From Promethearchaeota archaeon (GTDB lineage: Archaea > Asgardarchaeota > Lokiarchaeia > Sigyniarchaeales > SOKP01), in the NCBI GenBank assembly GCA_019058445.1, contig JAHPZA010000005.1:32001-96000 (forward strand): 64,000 nt of DNA. The letters run 5' to 3'. The position numbers and the translations under genes are program-made. Shown here one piece after another: positions 1 through 11,554 of the stretch. Numbering within the stretch: position 1 is the stretch's first letter; each line of letters opens with the position of its first letter. The notes beneath the pieces are model-generated. The model had not been told where the DNA came from, did no database searches, and was given only the letters and a program-made list of their open reading frames with translations.

Positions 1-3000
1 TATTTTTCTTCAGATTCTCTTAATTTTTGTTCTGCCGCTTTTTTTTCTGTAATATCTATCAAAGTTAGTAAATCTGCGGGGTGCCCTCTATATATAACTG
101 AATTGGAATAATTATCCACCCATATAATTTCTCCTGATTTTTTGATTCCCCTATATTGGTACTGCGCTACTATATCTTGTTCCCCTTTCTGTTTTTTTAC
201 AAATTGTTCTAACGCAAAAGCTCTATCATCCGGATATATCACCTTAGCAGCATCTTTAGGTTCCCATTGCATCATTTCTTCAATGTCATATCCCCAGATC
301 TCCGCATATTTTTTATTTATATATTTAATTTTATTATCTTGGGCTATACATATGCCCATCAAAGACTGCTCGGTAATTGTCCTAAATTTTTCTTCTGATT
401 CTTTTAGCTGTTGTTCTGCTTTCTTACGTTCTGTAATGTCTCTTGCAATTAATAAACCCTTTATTTTACCTTCTTTATCAATAAACCTTTTTCCCTTAAA
501 TTCAAACCATAAATAATGTCCCTGTTTATGACGTAATCTTAATTCTATTGAGCCTTTTCCCATTTCAAAACCTAATTTTAACTCTTCTATAGCTTTATTG
601 AAATCCTCAGGATGAATGATTTCCCATCGTGTTTTTCCTAACATATCGTTATTATTATATCCTAAAACATTCAAGTAAGTTTGTTCATTAATAAATTCAT
701 GCTCAAATTTCTCATTAAGAACTGCTATGAGGTCATATGCATTTTCTGTAATTAATCTGTATTTCTCTTCTGATTCTTTTAATTTTTGTTCTGCCTTTTT
801 ACGTTCTGTAATATCCCTGGACACATATAATATTTTTTTCCTATCATCTTGCCCTGTAAATACCTTTCCTTTAGTCTCAAACCATAAATAATGCCCGTTC
901 TTATGCTTTAACCTTAGTTGATAGGTTACTTTTCCTTTCTTAAAACAAACTTTACTCGCATTTTTTATGTTATCTACATCGTCTTTATGAGTAATAAATA
1001 TTTTAAATGCAAGATTGTTCAATCTTTCTATAGAATAACCTAAAAGTTTAGAATGCGTTTGCTCATTAATATATTCCAAATTAAGGTTTTCATTATATAA
1101 GGAGATAAGATCGTCAGCATCTTCTGCAATTAAACGATATTTTTCCTCTGATTCTTTTAATTTCTGTTCTGCACGCTTCCGCGCTGTTATATCTCTAACA
1201 AATATTAGTTGTTTAGGATTATTGTTATTATCAAAAAATATACTAACACTTACTTCCACTGGACAATAATAACCCTTCTTATGTCTTAATTCTAATTCTA
1301 TTGTCCCTTTATCTCTTCGAAATAGATTTTTTATGTTTAAACCATAACTTTCTAAATAATTGGGATTAATAAAAGATTTAATGTCTTCTCCAATTATTTC
1401 TTCTGGAGTATATCCATAATTCCTTACCAGCGGTCTTTTATTAATATATTCTATTATTGAATTTTTATTTATAATGACAATCAAATCATTGGCATTTTCA
1501 GAGATTAAACGATAGTTTTCTTCAGATTCTTTTAGTTTCCGTTTAGCCAGAATGCGATCTGTTATATTATTCGTCATACTCAAAAGGAAAGGTTCATTAT
1601 TGATTTCTATTAAATTTGCTGAAAACAAATCACACCGAAATTCTCCATCGTCTGTTTCTGAAATTATTTCGAGATTACTTATACTCTCTTTTTCTTGAAT
1701 AGAACGTATAATCTCATCCCTTGAATCTTTATCTTTCCATAATTTTAGTTCTTGCGCTGTTTTTCCAATAACATCCTCCCTTTTAAAACCAAGATTTTTT
1801 ATAAATACCTCATTACATTCAATAAATCTCCCTTCTTTAAGATCACTTATCGCCATTGCTACAAAATTATTATTAAATGCTTTAAAAAATTTTTCTTCTG
1901 ATTCGCGTAACTTTTGTTCAGCACTTTTACGTTTCGTTACATCCAATAAAACACCACTAAATCCAAGAAAGTTTCCTTTATCATCATATAATGCGTTACT
2001 ATTATCTTGAATCCATCGAATCGTGCCATCTGCATGAAAGATTCTATACTCAATCTGTAACGGAATTCTTTTTTGAATACAGTTAATCATTGCTTCACTT
2101 ACCCTTTTAATATCATCTGGGTGTAATAAATTCGCATATGTTTGTGTTGATTTTTTTATAAATTTTGAAGGGGGATAACCACTTATTTTTTGTATAGCTT
2201 CACTAATGTACTGCATTTTCCAATTCTTATCCGTGTGAAAAACCGCTCCAGGAATATTTGAAACAGTAGTGCGATAATTTTTCTCAGACTCTCTTAATTT
2301 TTGTTCGGACATTTTACGTTCAGTGATATCAAGAATAATACCAAAAGCCCGAATTGGCTTATGGTGCTCATCTCGATCGATCTCCCATTCAGCATGAATG
2401 TGCTTTAGTTCCCCATCCGTGCAGATAATTCGGAATTCTTTATTATGAAGATCTGTGCCAGATATGTTATCTCTAATTGAATTAAAATTTTTTTCAAAAT
2501 CTTCGGGGTGTACATGTGTAAGCCATTCTTTTATGGTAGGTTTATAGTCTCTTGGACGTTTATACATTCTATATAACTCATCTGACCAAAATATTTTATT
2601 TGTTAGGATATTCCATTCCCAGTGTCCTAGATGTGCAATTCTTTGTGCATCTGATAATAAAGCTTCGCTCCTTCGTATTTTTTCCTCAGCCAATCTGCGC
2701 TCTGTTATGTCTCTTGACATTATAAGAGCTTTTTTATTACCATTACTATCTCTAAAAATTTTTCCTTTAGATTCATACCAAATATAGGTCCTATCTTTTT
2801 TTCGTATTCTACACTCTGTCATCCCTACACCATTGTCAAATCCGACTCTCAATTTCTCAACGATTTCTTCCATTTCATCTGGATGTACAAATTTTCCCGC
2901 GAATTTCCCGATCATATCCTCTCTTGAATATCCTAAAACTCTTTTGTGGGTTTCTTCATTAATATATTCGTATCGGAACTTTTCATCAAGCACATCAATT

Positions 3001-4949
3001 AAATCATTAGCATGTTCAGTGATTAGTCTATATTTTTCTTCTGATTCTTTTAATTCTTGTTCCAAAACATATTTTTCAGTTATATCGATAATTGTACCTT
3101 CAGATGCCACAGGAATTCCTTGATCATTCATAATTAAATGTGTATTCCCTTGTAGGATAATTTTTTCTCCCGTTATTTTTTTTGCCGGAGAAATATAATC
3201 CTTTACAAAACCCCTTTCTCTTAACTCAGAAATGAATTTTTTTCTATCCTTTGAATCTTGCCATAAGTTAAAAGATTGAGTACCAATCAAATTTTGGGTT
3301 GGCTCTATACCAAATATCTCATTAAATTTTGGATTATGATCTAAAATCATTCCATCGAAACTGACTCTGAAGAATCCTACATCTAGGCTATTAATCATAT
3401 TTCTATATTTTTCTTCTGATTGTTTTAACTTCTCTTCAGCTAATTTTTGGTCAGATATATCTTGGGTAATCACTTGAAATAACGTCTCATTAGCAAGTTT
3501 TACAATAGACGCTTGTATCAAAACCCAAATAACAGGCCCATCTTTTCTATGAAGCTGTAATTCCTGTGATTCTGGAGTTTCTCCTTTAAGTAATTTACTA
3601 AAACTATCAAAAATTACTCTACTATCATCTTTCGAAAAAGGATGAAAATTTTTGAAACTTTTTCCTAAAATTTCTTCCCTTGTATATCCAAAAATCTTTT
3701 CAATATTGGAATTTACTTGGACCACAACACCTTTACTATCTATTAAACTTACAGCGTATGGTGAGCTTTCAAATAGAATTCTAAATTTTTCCTCAGATTC
3801 CTTTATTTTTTGTTCCGCTTCAATTTTTGGAGTAATATTCTGAATAAATACCATATCTGCTTTCTTACCATCATAAATGATTGTATTGGTTTGAGTTTCA
3901 ACCCAAATAATCTGCCCTGATTTTTTATTGATTCGGAAATGAAGAAAGTTTAAAGCATTATTATCACCAGAATATAACTTTTGAGCTAAGGAAATAAGTT
4001 TATTTTGATCATCAGGATGTATTACCTTAAAAAACTCTCTTGTTTTCCAAGCTGATATTTCTTCTTGAGAATATCCAATAGCTTCTGCGAATGCAGGACT
4101 GAAATATTTTATATCAAAATCTTGAAATATGGCAAAACCCATAAAGGTTTGATCTGTAATTTTGTTTAATAATTCTTCAGATTGTTTTAATTTCTTTTCC
4201 ATCTTTTTCCGATCCGTTATATCTCTACCTATTAAAATAGCTTTCTTATTCCCAGCACTATCTATTATTCTTTGCCCACGGACTTCTTGCCAATGATAAT
4301 TTCCATACTTATCTTTAATTCTTAATTCTATGGTTCCATTACTCGATTTAAAATCTTTAAATAGATCTCTAGTAATTTTTTTTCTATCTTCTGGATGAAT
4401 ATTTTCAATTGAAGGTGTGCCAAGTAAATCTTCTTTAGTATAACCCATTACCTTTTTAAAAACACCTTCATTAATATATTCGAATTCAAGTTTCTCATTT
4501 AATTTGAAAATCATATCATTAGCATTTTCTGTAATAAGCCGATAATTTTCTTCGGATTCCTTTAATTTTTTTTCTATCCTTTTATTCTCGGTAATATCTC
4601 GTCCAACTGCCAATATACTTTGCTTTCCTTTAGCATTGACTAAATTTCCCTTAGTAGAAATATAAATTTCATTGCCATTTTTATGTATCATTCTAAATTC
4701 AGAGGAGAAAATATTTTGAGATTGTTTAGCTTTTAAAATTGATTCTTTAACATTAGAAATGTCTTCTGGATGGATATAATCTAAAATGCTCGCGTTCATA
4801 AGCTCATTTTGATGATAACCTAACAGATCAACACATTGAGGGCTAATATAAATAAATTTACCATTTAAACCCATTTCAAATATAGTGTCTAAAATATTAT
4901 CTACTAAAAATTGATATTTTTGTACTGCAATATTTTTCAAATTGAGCAC
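1..4949 (-). CDS. Giant multi-PAS sensor protein, probably a histidine kinase; 5' part only, at least 1649 aa with about 13 PAS domains, runs off the window start
   Basis: Not in the ORF track. GTG at 4949 opens VLNLKNIAVQKYQFLVDNILDTIFEMGLNGKF. The same frame reads AEQKLRESEEK at positions 1-35. (E/Q)SEE-type PAS linkers recur about every 375 bp (near 4555, 4180, 3795, 3415, 3040, 2670, 2285, 1900, 1520, 1145, 770, 395, 15). I did not check every codon. No kinase domain is visible in the window. Confidence 0.88.
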   Translation of the reverse strand, partial: MLNLKNIAVQKYQFLVDNILDTIFEMGLNGKFIYISPQCVDLLGYHQNELMNASILDYIHPEDISNVKESILKAKQSQNIFSSEFRMIHKNGNEIYISTKGNLVNAKGKQSILAVGRDITENKRIEKKLKESEENYRLITENANDMIFKLNEKLEFEYINEGVFKKVMGYTKEDLLGTPSIENIHPEDRKKITRDLFKDFKSSNGTIELRIKDKYGNYHWQEVRGQRIIDSAGNKKAILIGRDITDRKKMEKKLKQSEELLNKITDQTFMGFAIFQDFDIKYFSPAFAEAIGYSQEEISAWKTREFFKVIHPDDQNKLISLAQKLYSGDNNALNFLHFRINKKSGQIIWVETQTNTIIYDGKKADMVFIQNITPKIEAEQKIKESEEKFRILFESSPYAVSLIDSKGVVVQVNSNIEKIFGYTREEILGKSFKNFHPFSKDDSRVIFDSFSKLLKGETPESQELQLHRKDGPVIWVLIQASIVKLANETLFQVITQDISDQKLAEEKLKQSEEKYRNMINSLDVGFFRVSFDGMILDHNPKFNEIFGIEPTQNLIGTQSFNLWQDSKDRKKFISELRERGFVKDYISPAKKITGEKIILQGNTHLIMNDQGIPVASEGTIIDITEKYVLEQELKESEEKYRLITEHANDLIDVLDEKFRYEYINEETHKRVLGYSREDMIGKFAGKFVHPDEMEEIVEKLRVGFDNGVGMTECRIRKKDRTYIWYESKGKIFRDSNGNKKALIMSRDITERRLAEEKIRRSEALLSDAQRIAHLGHWEWNILTNKIFWSDELYRMYKRPRDYKPTIKEWLTHVHPEDFEKNFNSIRDNISGTDLHNKEFRIICTDGELKHIHAEWEIDRDEHHKPIRAFGIILDITERKMSEQKLRESEKNYRTTVSNIPGAVFHTDKNWKMQYISEAIQKISGYPPSKFIKKSTQTYANLLHPDDIKRVSEAMINCIQKRIPLQIEYRIFHADGTIRWIQDNSNALYDDKGNFLGFSGVLLDVTKRKSAEQKLRESEEKFFKAFNNNFVAMAISDLKEGRFIECNEVFIKNLGFKREDVIGKTAQELKLWKDKDSRDEIIRSIQEKESISNLEIISETDDGEFRCDLFSANLIEINNEPFLLSMTNNITDRILAKRKLKESEENYRLISENANDLIVIINKNSIIEYINKRPLVRNYGYTPEEIIGEDIKSFINPNYLESYGLNIKNLFRRDKGTIELELRHKKGYYCPVEVSVSIFFDNNNNPKQLIFVRDITARKRAEQKLKESEEKYRLIAEDADDLISLYNENLNLEYINEQTHSKLLGYSIERLNNLAFKIFITHKDDVDNIKNASKVCFKKGKVTYQLRLKHKNGHYLWFETKGKVFTGQDDRKKILYVSRDITERKKAEQKLKESEEKYRLITENAYDLIAVLNEKFEHEFINEQTYLNVLGYNNNDMLGKTRWEIIHPEDFNKAIEELKLGFEMGKGSIELRLRHKQGHYLWFEFKGKRFIDKEGKIKGLLIARDITERKKAEQQLKESEEKFRTITEQSLMGICIAQDNKIKYINKKYAEIWGYDIEEMMQWEPKDAAKVIYPDDRAFALEQFVKKQKGEQDIVAQYQYRGIKKSGEIIWVDNYSNSVIYRGHPADLLTLIDITEKKAAEQKLRESEEK

Positions 4950-5147
4950 ATCCTGATTTTAATTGTTAGCTAATTCATTAAAAAATTAGTATGTTTTTTC
5001 GAAAAAACTATATTTTATAAAATAAGACTGCTAATATTAAAAGTTGTGTGCAAAAAGGGTATTTTTCGTCGCAAAGTTGCGTCCAACTGGGAGAAAATCT
5101 GATTTATAAATATTCAGTATAATTTATTTTAAAAAAAAGTGAAAAAT

Positions 5148-5549
5148 TCATTCTACTTCAAACCACATTGGACTTTTATCATCAACATGCCCGTTATAAT
5201 TTACTGTTAGTTCTTCCCCCTTTTTTATATCTTTGAGGGTAATATATTCTATTATTTGATTCTCATAATCATAAATATATTTTAAATTTGGTTCATAAGA
5301 ATGGTTAAAAAATTGGCATTGGCTTAATGCGATAGCATTTTGAAAATCTGGTTTATCTGGATCATCCCATTCATAAACATACTGGTAAAGTATTGTATCC
5401 TGAATTTGTTCATAATCCTTATTAGAGATTAATATTACATGCCCCTTTTCTACGAGGGTTCCTTTCTTAATGTCTTTCTTTGCAAAAATCCCTTTCCCTT
5501 TCTTAGGTGAAATATATAAAATTTCCAGATGGTTATCCAATGACGTCAC
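5148..5549 (-). CDS. Stand-alone SET-domain protein (putative protein-lysine methyltransferase)
   Basis: SET motifs KGKGIFA, FFNHSYEPN and DIKKGEELTVNY. No post-SET cysteine cluster. GTG start. Confidence 0.9.
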   Translation of the reverse strand: MTSLDNHLEILYISPKKGKGIFAKKDIKKGTLVEKGHVILISNKDYEQIQDTILYQYVYEWDDPDKPDFQNAIALSQCQFFNHSYEPNLKYIYDYENQIIEYITLKDIKKGEELTVNYNGHVDDKSPMWFEVE

Positions 5550-5691
5550 TCCTTAAAACTTAATAATAATTCCAATTACATTTTCAGCGTATTTTATTTC
5601 ATTATTGGAGATATGATTTATTAAAGCTTTTTAAATAATTAATTTTTTATGGTTCAATATTGCATGAAAGTAAGAAAATCAAATTTTTAAA

Positions 5692-8844
<3,153 letters not shown>

Positions 8845-8933
8845 TTAAGTTTTTTCACATTTACTAATAACATTTATGGAGTACAAAATATGTAAGAAAG
8901 AAAAAATAATAGTTAAAAATTTTTAAAATCGAC

Positions 8934-9143
8934 TTAGTTTGAAGCTCCGGCTTTCTTAATTAAAATTATTTTCTTTACGGGAATATAGATTAATTGTTCG
9001 TGATCCTCATCTTTAAATAAAACAATATGTTCACTAACATCTTCAATCTTTCCAAATAGAACACAATGTGGATCAGGTAAACCACTAATATAGAGCCTGA
9101 TTAATTCTCCTTTTAATTCTTCTAAAATAGACCAAGGAATCAT
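8934..9143 (-). CDS. Small hypothetical protein, possibly Sm/Hfq-like beta-barrel
   Basis: 69 aa with the pattern L..LKGE.I.L, GKIEDVSEHIVLF and IYIPVKKIILI, resembling the Sm1/Sm2 layout. Confidence 0.5.
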   Translation of the reverse strand: MIPWSILEELKGELIRLYISGLPDPHCVLFGKIEDVSEHIVLFKDEDHEQLIYIPVKKIILIKKAGASN

Positions 9144-9310
9144 AACAAATCACTATTAATTATTGTAATGAAGATAATTATGCTTATTCGCTTTTAAAAT
9201 TTTTAATCCCATCCATTTTAATAGAAACAAATCATTTTTAATCTAAAAAAGCAGTAATAATTTTTGAAATTTAATTACTTAATGTTTCCTATTTTAGAAA
9301 TTTATAACGG

Positions 9311-10570
9311 ATGAAGAAGAATATGAAAGAACAAGAAAATAAAGTATTAAAGCATGAAGAACGGAAAAAATTCGATTTTGTAGAGGATGATCCGAAAGGT
9401 AGGATTGAGGCAACCACCGAATATCCAATAATGTATCACGCGTTAGGAAGTGAACCTAAAACAGAACATCCCTATAATGTATATAACGATATTAAAACTG
9501 AACCAGTTGCTATACGCAAAACTTTAGAATATGCCAAAGAATCCATCAGTAAAATTGCTGATGAATTCATTGAAAGAGGAATTAAACATATTGTAGGCAT
9601 TGGGATGGGTACTTCTCAATTTGTGGCTCAATCAGCAGGACCCGCATTCTGGGAATGGACGAATATAACCTCTGAAGATAGAGATTCTGTTGAGTGCCTA
9701 ACAGTTAATAAGCCTTATGACTACGAATATACAGCACTATTTGCTTATAGTGGAAGTGGAAGCACAGTTGATACCCTTGCAGCGACGGAAAAATTAAAAG
9801 AAAAAGGCTGCTATTGCGTTGCTATTACCTCGGTAGCCGGAAGTCCTTTAACGAAAATATGCCATGATACAATTGCCTGCGCTGGAGGCTTTGATACAGG
9901 AGGATCGGACACATTTCATTATGCAACTCGATTAGCAGCAAGTTTATTACTCGCTCTCACCCTCGGAGAGAGAAAGGGTATTAAAGGAACAGATTTTGAA
10001 AGTCTAAGAAAACAATTGAATCAAATCCCAGATCTTATGGCTGAGAGATGGAATATTTTCGATGCGCGCTGTTGGAGCATTGCTAAATATTATGCTCAGG
10101 TTCGCAGCATAATCATAGTTGGTGCGGGACCAAATTTCGGGACTGCTGAAGAAATGGAACTTAAATTCGAGGAAATGGCCCATATTCCGGCAAAATCTAT
10201 GGTTCCTACTAGACATCTCCATGGAGCATTAGGATTGACTGATGAAAAAATCTTAACAATTCTCCTTTATCCTAAAAATAATTCGGAGAAATGGTTTGAA
10301 CAAATTGCCAAATTCACAATGATGATAAAAAGTCCTGTTATCGCGATTTTACCCGATAATGAAGATAAAATATCAGCCCTAATGGATTATGTAGTCCGTA
10401 CACCTATTGATAATGAACATTTATTTGCCTTATATGTGGTTCCAATTATTCAATTACTTCCCTATTATTGTGCAGTAGAACAAAAAAATATAAATCCCGA
10501 TTGTCAAAAATCTAATATCCCTAAACATGCGAGAGCATGGATCATGATATTAAAACCGGGAGAACATTAA
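9311..10570 (+). CDS. Double-SIS sugar-phosphate isomerase/deglycase (GlmS C-terminal / FrlB-like)
   Basis: Motifs GMGTS, SGSGST, VGAGPNFGTAEEMELKFEE and HLHG. No glutaminase domain. Confidence 0.8.
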   Translation: MKKNMKEQENKVLKHEERKKFDFVEDDPKGRIEATTEYPIMYHALGSEPKTEHPYNVYNDIKTEPVAIRKTLEYAKESISKIADEFIERGIKHIVGIGMGTSQFVAQSAGPAFWEWTNITSEDRDSVECLTVNKPYDYEYTALFAYSGSGSTVDTLAATEKLKEKGCYCVAITSVAGSPLTKICHDTIACAGGFDTGGSDTFHYATRLAASLLLALTLGERKGIKGTDFESLRKQLNQIPDLMAERWNIFDARCWSIAKYYAQVRSIIIVGAGPNFGTAEEMELKFEEMAHIPAKSMVPTRHLHGALGLTDEKILTILLYPKNNSEKWFEQIAKFTMMIKSPVIAILPDNEDKISALMDYVVRTPIDNEHLFALYVVPIIQLLPYYCAVEQKNINPDCQKSNIPKHARAWIMILKPGEH

Positions 10571-10586
10571 TCAAAGTTGTATTTAT

Positions 10587-11531
10587 ATGGATTATAAAAT
10601 AGGAGTTATAGGACCTGTTAATTTAGATTTAATAATTAAGGGTAATGCTCCAACTAATATCAATGAATTAATTGAATGGGCAGATTTATCTGATGTATAC
10701 TGCATAACGGCGGGAGCTGCTGGTAATGTTGCGCAAAATCTTAAAAAACTCGGAAATGAAATTCATTTAGTTTCTTGTGTGGCAGATGATAATTTTGGAA
10801 CAATAGTATTGTCTTCATTGAAAAAAAGTGGAATACAAACAGACTTTATCACTGTCGAAGAAGGAAAGGAAGGAGGAATCGCTATATATATTTTGTTATT
10901 TGGAGATAATAAACGCCCTGCGACATATAAAATGCCAACTCATCACGGTTGGCCGCATGAAATTAGTGAAAGTATGAGAAATTACCTATTGGATACAGAT
11001 TTATTACATTCTTCTGGCTACCTGCATTTTTCTGATTTATGGAATGATGATTTTTTAAACCTCTTTAAGGAAGCAAAAGAAAAAGGAATTAAAACTTCAA
11101 TGGATCCTCAGTTTCCTTTAAAACCTCTGGATCCCCCTTGGATTAAGGTAATAAAACCATTGATTCCTTATATTGATATTTTAATGGTTGATGAGAGTGA
11201 AGCAATAAATATAACAGGATTAAACGAAATAAATGAAGCCGCAGATATGCTTATAACTGAAGGATTTGAAATTGTTGCGATTAAATTAGGTGAGAGGGGC
11301 GCAATAGTGCTAGATAAAGATATAAGTGAGCAAATCTCGGCGATTCAACCTAAAATTATTATTGATAGTATAGGGGCAGGGGATGCATTTGATGCTGGAT
11401 TTTTGCAAGGATTATTAGAGGGAAAAACTCTAAAAAACTCCGGTAAAATGGGAATTAAAGCAGCATCAATGAGTTTACAAGGTATAGATAGTACAGAAAA
11501 GTTTCCTACGAGAGCTTTATTAGATTTTTGA
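10587..11531 (+). CDS. PfkB/ribokinase-family carbohydrate kinase
   Basis: Motifs AGAAGNVA, KLGERGA and DSIGAGDAFDAGF; 16 bp downstream of the SIS gene. Confidence 0.9.
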   Translation: MDYKIGVIGPVNLDLIIKGNAPTNINELIEWADLSDVYCITAGAAGNVAQNLKKLGNEIHLVSCVADDNFGTIVLSSLKKSGIQTDFITVEEGKEGGIAIYILLFGDNKRPATYKMPTHHGWPHEISESMRNYLLDTDLLHSSGYLHFSDLWNDDFLNLFKEAKEKGIKTSMDPQFPLKPLDPPWIKVIKPLIPYIDILMVDESEAINITGLNEINEAADMLITEGFEIVAIKLGERGAIVLDKDISEQISAIQPKIIIDSIGAGDAFDAGFLQGLLEGKTLKNSGKMGIKAASMSLQGIDSTEKFPTRALLDF

Positions 11532-11554
11532 AGGAGGTATTCTTTAGTAAAAAA

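Noticed and set aside
142-3843. Plus-strand ORFs 142-516, 2833-3123 and 3652-3843
   Set aside because: Antisense shadows of the giant minus-strand PAS gene; their FSSDSF motifs are the reverse complement of ESEEK linkers.
5070-5081. Short palindrome CGCAA-AG-TTGCG upstream of the giant PAS gene
   Set aside because: Only 5-bp arms and a single occurrence; not enough to call an operator.
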